Shown one piece after another: positions 1 to 8,986 of a DNA stretch of 64,000 nucleotides. Position 1 is the first letter of the stretch; the number at the start of each line of letters is the position of its first letter. The translations under genes were made by a program, and so were the position numbers. Source of the stretch: an uncultured Verrucomicrobiota bacterium (GTDB lineage: Bacteria; Verrucomicrobiota; Verrucomicrobiia; Limisphaerales; UBA9464); the NCBI GenBank assembly GCA_903907925.1, contig CAIVQB010000106.1, forward strand, positions 24,990 to 88,989, in the 5' to 3' direction. Under the pieces are notes generated by a model. It made no database searches. It had not been told where the DNA came from and was given only the letters and a program-made list of their open reading frames with translations.

Positions 1-1456
1 CAAGGCTGTAGAGCTGGATCGATGGAAACCGGCGGGCCTCAGGTCGGGTAAAGGCGATCCACAGGCTGTCCGGTGACCAGGTGAAGTCGTGCATCTCCCA
101 GCTCGCCGTGTCGACCAGGGTCACCTGTTTGGATGCGACGTCCACAAACTGCAGCCGGTTCTTCTTGTCCGACCACAGGATGCGTTTGGAATCCGGCGAC
201 CACGCCAGTTCGTATTTATAGGTGTCGGCACCGGTGGTGAGCTGGGTGGGGATTCCGCTGCCGTCCTGGGGGCGGATATAGATTTCATCCTCTCCGCTGG
301 CATCGCTGATATAGGCGATGGTTTTGCCGTCCGGCGACCACACCGCGTTGCGATCATGGACGCCCGGTGACTGCGTGAGGTTGCGGGTGGGACCGTTCTT
401 GGCGGGAACCGTAAAGACATCGCCCCGTGCGCCCAGCAATGCCCGCGAACCGTCGGGGGCGATGTCGTATTCCGTGACCAATTTGCTGACGTCCTTCATC
501 GAAGTGCGACCACCGGCAAAGTCCTCGTGGATTTCGATTGGGATCTTCGTGGCCCTCTCGGAGGCCAGATCGAAGCGGTAAATGTAGCCGCCATTCTCAA
601 ACACGATGCCCGTATCTCCCAGCGACGGGAATTTCACGGCGAATTCGGTGAATTTCGTGAGCTGCCGCGTTTGTTTGCCCTTGAGATCGTAGACGAACAG
701 GTTCGCCTGCCGGTTCTCATCCCGTTCGGAAACGAAGTAGATCCGGTCGCCGACCCACATCGGGTACATATCCTGAGCCCCGTCGGTCGTGACCCGCTCG
801 GTCTGTTTTGTTTCGAAATCGTAGATCCAGATCTCATCCGCCTGACCGCCCCGGTAGCGTTTCCAGGTCCGGAATTCCCGGAAGACGCGGTTGTACGCCA
901 ACTTCTTCTTGTCGGGCGAATACGAGCACCAACCGCCGCGGGGCAGGGGTAGTTCCTCGGGAACTCCGCCGTCGAGATGGGCCAAGGTCAGGCGACCCTT
1001 GAACGGGTTCCACTCATTGCGCCGGGAGCGATAGATGATGGTCGTGTCGTCACGCCAGGTCATCACGATGTTGTTGGGCCCCATCCGATCCGAGACGTCA
1101 TCGCGTTCCAGCGTGGCGGTGTAGGTCAGGCGCTTGGGCTCCCCGCCGGCGGCGGGCATGAGATAGACTTCGGTGTTGCCGTCGTATTGAGCGGTGAAGG
1201 CGATCTGTTTTCCGTCGGGCGAAAAGCGTGGGAACATCTCGAAACCCACATGGCTGGTCAGGCGCCGCGCCACACCGCCGCCGGCGGACACCGTGAACAG
1301 ATCACCCGCGTAGGTGAAGACCACCTGGTCGCCGTGGAGCGCCGGGAAGCGCAGGAGGCGGGCTTCTTCGGCGACCGTCGGTGTGAGGAGCGCGGTTAGG
1401 ACTACGACGGCGAACCCGAGCGTTTGTGGCCACCGGAGAATTGAGGTGCGAATCAT
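1..1456 (-). CDS. Tricorn protease homolog / S41-family peptidase, N-terminal beta-propeller part (gene continues beyond window start)
   Basis: Not in the ORF track because it runs off the window. Manual reverse translation from ATG at 1456-1454 gives MIRTSILRWPQTLGFAVVVLTALL (signal peptide), then LLRFPALHGDQVVFTYAGDLFTVSAGGGVARRLTSHVGFEMFPRFSPDGKQIAFTAQYDGNTEVYLMPAAGGEPKRLTY. This is the characteristic tricorn-homolog N-terminus. The frame is open to position 1. Confidence 0.75.
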   Translation of the reverse strand, partial: MIRTSILRWPQTLGFAVVVLTALLTPTVAEEARLLRFPALHGDQVVFTYAGDLFTVSAGGGVARRLTSHVGFEMFPRFSPDGKQIAFTAQYDGNTEVYLMPAAGGEPKRLTYTATLERDDVSDRMGPNNIVMTWRDDTTIIYRSRRNEWNPFKGRLTLAHLDGGVPEELPLPRGGWCSYSPDKKKLAYNRVFREFRTWKRYRGGQADEIWIYDFETKQTERVTTDGAQDMYPMWVGDRIYFVSERDENRQANLFVYDLKGKQTRQLTKFTEFAVKFPSLGDTGIVFENGGYIYRFDLASERATKIPIEIHEDFAGGRTSMKDVSKLVTEYDIAPDGSRALLGARGDVFTVPAKNGPTRNLTQSPGVHDRNAVWSPDGKTIAYISDASGEDEIYIRPQDGSGIPTQLTTGADTYKYELAWSPDSKRILWSDKKNRLQFVDVASKQVTLVDTASWEMHDFTWSPDSLWIAFTRPEARRFPSIQLYSL

Positions 1457-1507
1457 GGGACGTGGTTGAATGGGATTGAACGGCGCCTGATCGCCCGACA
1501 ACCGGAT

Positions 1508-4195
1508 CTAGTGGCGTCGAAGGATCAGTTGATGATCCACCCGTTTGGTCTGGTGGTATTCCAGTGCGGGCAGATCGGTGTCGGTCGGTGACTCGGTTTG
1601 TTGCAGCAGGGTCTTGGCGAGCTTCTGCAGTCCCGTCCAGCGTTCCCATTCGAGCCGTGGCGCGTGCGCGATCTGGCGCAACAGGGAACGCCATTCGATG
1701 ATGATGCGGTCGATGTCGCCATCACCGAGGAAATCGGTGACGAACCGGTGCTTGCTGAACGGATCCTTGTGAACCGAACGCACCACAGTTTCGGCGCCGC
1801 TGCCGTACTTGGGCGGCACACCGTTCTCGATGTAGCCGGTGATGTTCTGGCTCCCGTACTTGGACCGGCAAACCATCGCCAGCCGTCCCTCCCACCGATC
1901 CCCCTGCGAACAGAACCGGAACCCGGCATCCAAATTGGCGAGATCGAACAGCAGATCATCGAGCGGGTAGCCGGGATCCTCCAGCGCGGCCGCGACCGCG
2001 AGACCGTCCCCGTTGGAAAAACAACTGACGACCCGACCCCGCCGTGTGGGAACACCGGCGGCATCGACCAGCGCAAGGCGCCGCCATAACAAAGCCGTGC
2101 CGGTGCCGGTCGGTAGACCGCGGCATTGTGTGACCCATTCGCAGGTGCCGCAATCGTCGGGAACCACCTCACGCTCCGGTGGGCGCCACAGAGGAACTCC
2201 GTGAACGTCGACGCAGGTTCGCACTGGTTGTTCGCCGAGACTGATCTGCACGAGAATCTTGTCCGCTTGTTCGACCACCCCGACGAGCGGCAAACCTTCC
2301 GCTTCCAGTTCGCGGCGGAGAATGGGGACCACCAGGTTTCTCCAGGCCTTGAGCGAGGCTTCCCGGCCATTCCAATTCGTCAGGCGACGCACCCATTTCG
2401 ACAGGATCACCGTGTCGTCGCCATGAAGATCACCGGCGACGCTTTCCCGGCCGTGGATCGGACCCTCGGGCGTCTCTTCCAGCACCACCAACTCTCCGTG
2501 ACCGACCTTGTCCAATGCGGTGGGATTCGTGAGAACTGGGCGGATCTTCCAATATTGGGGATCGGCTTTCGCTCGTGATTCCGATGGGCCGGTTGGCGAT
2601 GTCGACGGAGCTGCGGTCGATGCCGTGGAATCTTGCGAACTATTTTCCGTGTGGGTTGAAACCTGAGTGGTGCTTGAGCCGGGTGTGGTCACGGACGCCA
2701 CCGCCGCCTCGCCGCGGAGCCGTCCCATGGATTTCGCGCGGACCTTCGGGCGCGGCGTGATTGGGGCGATCGCGGGCTCGCCCGGGCGGCCGACCGGTCC
2801 TTCCCATACCACTTGTCGCACCTCCTTCATCGGATGCTCGGTCGGGGCGGGGATGGGCTGCCATTCGCCGCGTGAATTCAGGATCTCGCGGACACGGCGC
2901 CGGACGTGGCGGGCCCGTTCCGAGTCGGTCATCAACCCGCACGGAGCGTTTGGGTGTTTGAGCGAGAACTCGACCCCGAGAAAGATGGGCTTGGTGGTGA
3001 ACAACCGTTCCTGAACCCGGACCGCCTCGGCGAACGGTTCCTTTCCCTGTTCCGCCGCCGCCGCCATCAAGGTGAGCACGGCGCTCCAGTCGACCATGCC
3101 GCTGCGGGCGAGTTGTGCCGCGTGGCCATCGCGCAGTCGCACTTCGTTCGCACTGACCAGAACGTAGCCGAATTCATCGAGACCGCGGCGGCCGGCGCGG
3201 CCGAACATCTGAAGGATTTCATCCGGACGCAGTGGAATCTCCGCTCCATCCCGACGATAGGTGCCCGCGGTCAACGCGACGCTGCGCAGCGAAAAGTTGA
3301 TGCCGGCGGCCAGGCCCATGGTGGCTACCACCACCCGGAGTTGACCGGCCTTGGCCAGGGGCTCAATGACCCCGGCGCGGGCGGCGTAGCTGAGGCCGCT
3401 GTGATGATAGGCGACGCGGGATTTGAGCAGGCGGGCCAGATGATCCCCGACGATGCGCCGCTGGGGTTCGCTGAGTTGAAGCGGATTGGGGTTCGGGAGT
3501 TCGCGGGCGAGTTCCGCGGCGATGGCCTCGGCGTTGGCGCGGCGCGGCGCGAAAAGAAGGACGGGTCCGAGGCTTTCGGCAAGCGCCTTGGCGCAGAACT
3601 TCGGCCAGTAACCCTTGATTCCCGGCGGCAGGTGATAGCTCAACTGGCTGCCGTACACCTCCTCCAGCGGCACCGGCCGGATTTCGTGCCGCACCAGAAC
3701 CGCCGGCCGACCGAGCCGGTTCAGCCATTGGACGATGTGATGCGGATTGGCCACCGATCCGCTGAGCATCAGCAGCCGAGTTGTGTCCGGTGCCAGCGCC
3801 ATGGCCAGCTCGTAGTTCAATCCCCGGTCGGGGTCCGCGAGCATCTGGTATTCGTCGATGACCAGCAGAGTCGGTCCATCGCCGCGGATCAGCCGGTTCT
3901 TCTGCGTTTCGAGCGTGGCAACGATGACCGGTGCATCGAGATTCTCGGAGAGATCGCCGGTGGCGATGCCGACGTTCCAGCCGCGGCTGCGCCATTCGGC
4001 CAGTTTGTCGTTGGCGAGGGCGCGGGTGGGAACAGTGTAGATGGCCTGGCCGCGGTTTTTTCCACCGTTGGACCACAACTCGAAGATCAACGTCTTGCCG
4101 CTGCCGGTGGGGGCCTGAACCACGACGTCCTTGCCGGCCCGGAGCGCGGAAACCGCCTGCTGCTGCCACAGGTCGGGCACGGTGACCGACCCCAT
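1508..4195 (-). CDS. DEAD/DEAH-box helicase, Ski2/HelY-like
   Basis: 926-aa ORF (GTG at 4288). Likely start is ATG at 4195 (MGSVTVPDLWQQQAV). Motif I is APTGSGKT, motif II is DEYQ, motif VI-like is GRAGRRG. Carries a long C-terminal extension with a Ser/Thr/Pro-rich linker. Confidence 0.8.
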   Translation of the reverse strand: MGSVTVPDLWQQQAVSALRAGKDVVVQAPTGSGKTLIFELWSNGGKNRGQAIYTVPTRALANDKLAEWRSRGWNVGIATGDLSENLDAPVIVATLETQKNRLIRGDGPTLLVIDEYQMLADPDRGLNYELAMALAPDTTRLLMLSGSVANPHHIVQWLNRLGRPAVLVRHEIRPVPLEEVYGSQLSYHLPPGIKGYWPKFCAKALAESLGPVLLFAPRRANAEAIAAELARELPNPNPLQLSEPQRRIVGDHLARLLKSRVAYHHSGLSYAARAGVIEPLAKAGQLRVVVATMGLAAGINFSLRSVALTAGTYRRDGAEIPLRPDEILQMFGRAGRRGLDEFGYVLVSANEVRLRDGHAAQLARSGMVDWSAVLTLMAAAAEQGKEPFAEAVRVQERLFTTKPIFLGVEFSLKHPNAPCGLMTDSERARHVRRRVREILNSRGEWQPIPAPTEHPMKEVRQVVWEGPVGRPGEPAIAPITPRPKVRAKSMGRLRGEAAVASVTTPGSSTTQVSTHTENSSQDSTASTAAPSTSPTGPSESRAKADPQYWKIRPVLTNPTALDKVGHGELVVLEETPEGPIHGRESVAGDLHGDDTVILSKWVRRLTNWNGREASLKAWRNLVVPILRRELEAEGLPLVGVVEQADKILVQISLGEQPVRTCVDVHGVPLWRPPEREVVPDDCGTCEWVTQCRGLPTGTGTALLWRRLALVDAAGVPTRRGRVVSCFSNGDGLAVAAALEDPGYPLDDLLFDLANLDAGFRFCSQGDRWEGRLAMVCRSKYGSQNITGYIENGVPPKYGSGAETVVRSVHKDPFSKHRFVTDFLGDGDIDRIIIEWRSLLRQIAHAPRLEWERWTGLQKLAKTLLQQTESPTDTDLPALEYHQTKRVDHQLILRRH

Positions 4196-4320
4196 GGCGG
4201 CGGACAGCGGGGAGTCCGGTGAACGGTCTTTGGCGTCAGACACGCGGTAAAGGTAGACCGGATCGGAAAAAGCGGAACGCGCAAACACCCGGCGGCGGCG
4301 GAAAAATTTCCACCCCGTTC

Positions 4321-5274
4321 CTACTTCGCCTTGCGCAATTGGCGCTGGAGATCACGGATCGCACGATAGCCGACCAGATGAACGTGTTCCCGCGCGAGGA
4401 TGGCCCGGATCTCGGGATCGTGGGTGAAGGTCTCGAATTCGGCGGAACGGATGGCCCAACTGCCGGTGATGGCCTTCAATTCGTCGGTGGGATGTCCGGC
4501 GTGGATGAAGAGTTCGGTGATGCCGGGCTTGAGATGGGCGAGCCGGTTCCTCCACGCGGGTGCGACGTCCTCCGGCTTGGAATACTGGAACTCGTCGTAA
4601 ACGAAATCGTCGGTGAACAGAATTCCCTCCGCGGCGAACTTCTCGCGCCACCCGGGCTGCCCGCCCTTGTCGAAGGTCGCCTGGGACGCCATGCGGACCG
4701 GCAGATCGAACTCAACGGCGAGCTGCAGGTATTTTGCGAGATAGGCGGGATGCAATTGCAGCACACCCATGTGGGAATCGATGTGGGTGACGTCGACGCC
4801 AGCGGCGATCGCCTTTCGGATCTGGGCCTTCGCCTCAATGTAGGCCTCGTCGGGCGTGCCCTTGGCATAGACCTGCGGCGTCTCCTGCCAGAGGTAATCG
4901 TCGGGATCCAGCAGCCCCGGCACTTCATTGCGAGAGGCGACGGGTCCCCATCGGTACAATCGCCATTCGCTCGTCTGGCAGAGATGAACCCCGAAATCCA
5001 TCTTCGGATGGGCAGTCGCGTACTGGGCGATCTCGGTGAACCAGGGGCAGGGGACCAGAATGGTGGCCGAGGTCATCACGCCTTGTTCGAGGCATTCGAT
5101 GGTCGCGAGATTCGCCGTGTGACACATGCCGACGTCATCGCCGTTCACGATGAGCAGTTTGTCGGTGGCCGAGTAGCCAAGACGCTCGGCCAGGGTGGGA
5201 GCGGCGACGACGGATCCAGAAGCGAACAGCGACAGGGCCGTGAAGAGGGGGATCAGTCGGCGGAGCATCGACAC
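4321..5274 (-). CDS. ChbG/HpnK (YdjC) family carbohydrate deacetylase, exported
   Basis: 317 aa. N-terminal signal peptide MSMLRRLIPLFTALSLFASGSVVA. YdjC-like LIVNGDDVGMCHTAN ... FGVHL ... HIDSHMG motifs. Confidence 0.7.
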   Translation of the reverse strand: MSMLRRLIPLFTALSLFASGSVVAAPTLAERLGYSATDKLLIVNGDDVGMCHTANLATIECLEQGVMTSATILVPCPWFTEIAQYATAHPKMDFGVHLCQTSEWRLYRWGPVASRNEVPGLLDPDDYLWQETPQVYAKGTPDEAYIEAKAQIRKAIAAGVDVTHIDSHMGVLQLHPAYLAKYLQLAVEFDLPVRMASQATFDKGGQPGWREKFAAEGILFTDDFVYDEFQYSKPEDVAPAWRNRLAHLKPGITELFIHAGHPTDELKAITGSWAIRSAEFETFTHDPEIRAILAREHVHLVGYRAIRDLQRQLRKAK

Positions 5275-5437
5275 CGGATAGCTGGAATTCCGGACCTAGG
5301 AAACCGGAAACTCTACTGCCGGAATGTGGACACGAATTTCACGAATTATCACGGATTCCTGAAGAGCCGATCGGACCGGGTTCGTTCTGCCTCAATCCGT
5401 GTAAATCCGTGAAATCCGTGTCGCTCTTCCTCGCTTT

Positions 5438-6793
5438 CTACTCGTATCGCAACGCTTGGATGGGATCGAGGCGGGCGGCTTTGAGGGCGGGGATGAGGCC
5501 GGCGATGACGCCGACGGCCGCGCTGAAGGCGACCCCGATGATCATGGCCATCGGCGTGATGATGGGCGTGTTGGCGGATGGGGTCACCAGTTGGAGGCCT
5601 TCCACGAATCCATAGCTCGCGAACACACCCAGCAAGGCTCCGATGAGCGAGACAACGAGGCTCTCGACGAGGATCTGGATGAAAATGGCCGCCGGGGTGG
5701 CACCGATCGCCTTGCAGATGCCGATCGCCCGGATGCGTTCGTTGATGCTGGCCAGCATGATGTTCATGATGCCGATACCGCCGACGAGCAGGCTGATGGC
5801 GGCGATGATCCCGCCGCTCAGGCGTGCGTTCTGGATCTGCTTGTTGATGTTCTCGAGCTGGTTTTCCTGGGTTTGGAAGGTGAAATCCTCAATGCCGTGA
5901 TGGGTGACCAGCAGGACATTCCGGGCCTGCTGGAGCGCGGGTTCGAGTTGATCCAGGCTGGCCACCTTGAGATTGATATCGGTCAGGCGGGGATCCGGTA
6001 CGCCGTTGAGATCGCCGACCGCGCGGAACTTCACCCAGGCGGTGTAGAGCGGGATGTAAATGGTGTTATTCTTCGACCAAAATGCCCAGCCGCCCTTGCG
6101 TCCCCAGCCTTTTTGACGCTTCGGTCCGACCTGTTTCTGCGGGCCTTCGCGGGCCTTGAGCGCGGCCTCCTTGGCGTCCTGTTCACTCATGTACTTGGTG
6201 AACATTCCGATGATGGTGAACGGCTGCCCGTTGATCTGGATTTCCTCGCCGATGGGAATGATCTCGTGCCCGACATCCTCGGGCTTGCCGAACAGTTCAT
6301 CGCGAATGCCGGTGCCGATGACGCAGACACTGCGCGCTTCTTCTTCGTCGATTTCGTTGAAAAACCGTCCATGCGCCAGCGTGTGAAGATTCATGTCGAG
6401 GATCTCCTTCCACACGCCGCTGCAGTATTCGGGTCTGAAGCTTTTCCCGGCCCGGGAAACGGTGACGTCTTCGATTCCCATCTCGGGTGAGACCAGTCGG
6501 ATCAGTGGCGCGCTTTTCCGCAGGGCCTGGACGTCGTCCATGGTGCGGCCGGGGGCCTGGTCGGCCAGGTGATCCTGCCAAGCGGGAACCGGTTGGACCC
6601 GCAACAACACCTTGTCGACACCGCCCATTGCGACCATCGCCTCCTTCATGCCGTTCTCCATCCCCTTGACGATGGCGGCCATCCCGACCAACGAGGCCAC
6701 GCCGAGGATGATGCCGAGCATCGTCAAAACGCTCCGGAACTTGTGGGACCAGATCTCCTTGAGGCCGATGACGATGGTGTTGAAGAGGTTCAT
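5438..6793 (-). CDS. ABC transporter permease, MacB/FtsX-like (paralog 2)
   Basis: Real start is MNLFNTIVIGLKEIWSHKFRSVLTMLGIILGV at ATG 6793, overlapping the upstream stop (ATGA). The longer 592-aa ORF is only an open-frame extension. One TM, a large periplasmic domain, then a C-terminal FtsX 3-TM bundle ending LKAARLDPIQALRYE. Confidence 0.85.
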   Translation of the reverse strand: MNLFNTIVIGLKEIWSHKFRSVLTMLGIILGVASLVGMAAIVKGMENGMKEAMVAMGGVDKVLLRVQPVPAWQDHLADQAPGRTMDDVQALRKSAPLIRLVSPEMGIEDVTVSRAGKSFRPEYCSGVWKEILDMNLHTLAHGRFFNEIDEEEARSVCVIGTGIRDELFGKPEDVGHEIIPIGEEIQINGQPFTIIGMFTKYMSEQDAKEAALKAREGPQKQVGPKRQKGWGRKGGWAFWSKNNTIYIPLYTAWVKFRAVGDLNGVPDPRLTDINLKVASLDQLEPALQQARNVLLVTHHGIEDFTFQTQENQLENINKQIQNARLSGGIIAAISLLVGGIGIMNIMLASINERIRAIGICKAIGATPAAIFIQILVESLVVSLIGALLGVFASYGFVEGLQLVTPSANTPIITPMAMIIGVAFSAAVGVIAGLIPALKAARLDPIQALRYE

Positions 6794-8178
6794 CAGTCGT
6801 AGCGGAGGGACTGAATGACATTCATGCGCGCGGCCTTCAGGGCGGGGAAAAGGCCGGCGAGGACGCCGATCAGGGCACTCGCACCGAAGGCCATGGCCAT
6901 GGCACCGATCGTGAGAATGGGGGCGTTGTCGGTGGGGGTGAGGGCGACGATGAGCTGGATCAGGCCGTAACTGGCCACCAGGCCGGCGAGGCCTCCGGTG
7001 ATGGCGATGACGGTACTCTCGACGACGATTTGAATGAAAATGTCGAAGGCACCGGCGCCGACGGCCTTGCGGATGCCGATCTCGCGGATGCGCTCGCTGA
7101 TGCTGGCGAGCATGATGTTCATGATGCCGATGCCGCCGACCAGCAGGCTGATGCCGGCGATGATGCCGCCACTGAGCCGGGCGTTCTGGATGAAGGTGTT
7201 GATCTGTTCCGCCCAATCCTCTTGGGTGCGGAAATTGAAATCCTCGATGCCGCGGTGACGGACCATCATCACGTTTCGAATTTCGCTGAGGGCGAGATCC
7301 AGTTTGGTCACGTCACGCACCTTGATTTCCATCTCACTCAGGCGCTGGTCGGAGGGGGCGTTGGTTTGTCCCGACATCAGTTTGATCCACATCGTGTTCA
7401 GAGGCATGTACACGGTGTTGTTCTTCATCCAGAAGGCGAATCCACCGCGCCGGTTGCCGCCCCAACCCCGCATGCGTTTGGGTCCGGTCACGACGTTGGT
7501 GAGGCCCTTTTCCTTGCGGGCCAGGTCCTCGGCCTTTCGGAGCAAACGAACCTTTCGGTCCTGGTCGCTCTCGTAGTGCTCGAACATTCCGATGATGGTG
7601 AAGGGGTAGCCGTTGATGGTCAGCGACTGGCCGATAGGGATGATTTCCTCGCCGGTTTCCTCGGGATTTCCGAACAATTCATCGCGGATGCCGGTGCCGA
7701 TGACGCAGACCGACCGGGCCAGTTCATCATCCACCTCATTGAAACACCGCCCGTGCTCGATGGAATGTTCCATCAACTCCAGTTGAACGGGCCAGACGCC
7801 CGCGGTGGACCAGGTGCGAAACGTTTTTCCGTTCGCGGCTAGCGTTGGCGACATCTCCAGGCGCATCTCGGGCGAGACCTTCAATGCTTCCGGGGCGTTG
7901 TTCTGGATGGCGTAGACGTCGCCCAGGGTGACTCCAGTGGCGAAATCGCGGAGATGGCGTTGCTCGACCGGGACCGGCTGGGTTTCGATGCGGAACTTTT
8001 GGAGTCCACCGACAGCGACGAGGGCTTCGCGGGATCCTTTTTCCATGCCTTCCACCAGCGCGCTCATGGCGATGAGCGAGGAGACGCCGAGGATGATTCC
8101 TAGCATGGTGAGCAGGCTGCGGAACTTGTGGGCCCAGATTTCCTTGAACCCGACGGTGATGGCGTTCCAGAGCCCCAT
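6793..8178 (-). CDS. ABC transporter permease, MacB/FtsX-like (paralog 1)
   Basis: 461 aa. Starts MGLWNAITVGFKEIWAHKFRSLLTMLGIILGV, ends LKAARMNVIQSLRYD. Same architecture as the downstream paralog. Confidence 0.85.
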   Translation of the reverse strand: MGLWNAITVGFKEIWAHKFRSLLTMLGIILGVSSLIAMSALVEGMEKGSREALVAVGGLQKFRIETQPVPVEQRHLRDFATGVTLGDVYAIQNNAPEALKVSPEMRLEMSPTLAANGKTFRTWSTAGVWPVQLELMEHSIEHGRCFNEVDDELARSVCVIGTGIRDELFGNPEETGEEIIPIGQSLTINGYPFTIIGMFEHYESDQDRKVRLLRKAEDLARKEKGLTNVVTGPKRMRGWGGNRRGGFAFWMKNNTVYMPLNTMWIKLMSGQTNAPSDQRLSEMEIKVRDVTKLDLALSEIRNVMMVRHRGIEDFNFRTQEDWAEQINTFIQNARLSGGIIAGISLLVGGIGIMNIMLASISERIREIGIRKAVGAGAFDIFIQIVVESTVIAITGGLAGLVASYGLIQLIVALTPTDNAPILTIGAMAMAFGASALIGVLAGLFPALKAARMNVIQSLRYD

Positions 8179-8185
8179 GGTCGGT

Positions 8186-8911
8186 TCAGTGCGCCGGGAC
8201 GACGGCCGATTTGCGGTCGAGACCGGCGAGCCGGGTGTCGACCTTGTCGGCGATCTTGCCGTTGCGGATTTCGATCCGGCGCGGCGTGACGGCGGCGATT
8301 TCCGGATTGTGGGTCACCAGCATGACCGTCCGTCCTTCCCGGCTGAGATTGCGGAACAATTCCAAAATGATCTCGCCGGTGTGGGTGTCGAGGTTGCCGG
8401 TGGGTTCGTCGGCGAAGATGATTTTGGGATCGTTGACCAGCGCACGGGCGATGGCGACCCGCTGCTGTTGTCCGCCCGAAAGCTGCGAGGGACGGTTCTT
8501 GAGGCGGTTGCCCAATTCGACCATTTCCAGAGCGCGGAGGGCGCGTTCGCGGCGTTCCTTGCCGCTGACGCCGGAATAGATCATCGGCAGCTCGACGTTC
8601 TGTACCACGTTGAGCTTGGGCAGCAGGTTGAAGAACTGGAACACGAAGCCGATCTTGCGGTTCCGGATGTGGGCGAGCTCGCCGGTGGAGGCCTTCTGGA
8701 TTTCGACGCCATCGAGCTTGATGGTGCCGAGGCTGGGCGAATCCAGGCAGCCGAGAATGTGCATCAGCGTCGACTTGCCACTGCCGGACGGTCCGATGAT
8801 GGAGCAGAACTCGCCGGCGTCGATGTCGAGGGTGACGTCGTCGAGGGCGCGGATTTCCTCACCACCGAGGTGATAGATTTTGCTGACGTTGCGGAGTTCG
8901 AGCAGGGCCAC
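8186..8911 (-). CDS. ABC transporter ATP-binding protein (MacB/LolD-type)
   Basis: 241 aa. Walker A GPSGSGKST, signature LSGGQQQRVAIARAL, Walker B IIFADEPT, H-loop TH. Confidence 0.9.
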   Translation of the reverse strand: MALLELRNVSKIYHLGGEEIRALDDVTLDIDAGEFCSIIGPSGSGKSTLMHILGCLDSPSLGTIKLDGVEIQKASTGELAHIRNRKIGFVFQFFNLLPKLNVVQNVELPMIYSGVSGKERRERALRALEMVELGNRLKNRPSQLSGGQQQRVAIARALVNDPKIIFADEPTGNLDTHTGEIILELFRNLSREGRTVMLVTHNPEIAAVTPRRIEIRNGKIADKVDTRLAGLDRKSAVVPAH

Positions 8912-8986
8912 GGGAGCGGGAGAGCGGGGCGTTGTTGGGCGCGAGTTCGGGTTCGAATCGGAGGTTTCACCCCCGGCGATTCGACG

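Noticed and set aside
6794-7216. N-terminal extensions in the ORF track, such as the His/Arg-rich first 141 aa of the 592-aa ORF. Similar leaders occur on ORFs 21306-22337, 15597-16628, 50285-51235, 53402-54424, 59474-60598 and 61526-62608.
   Set aside because: The extensions overlap the upstream gene and look non-coding. An internal ATG or GTG precisely overlapping the upstream stop gives the canonical family N-terminus in each case.
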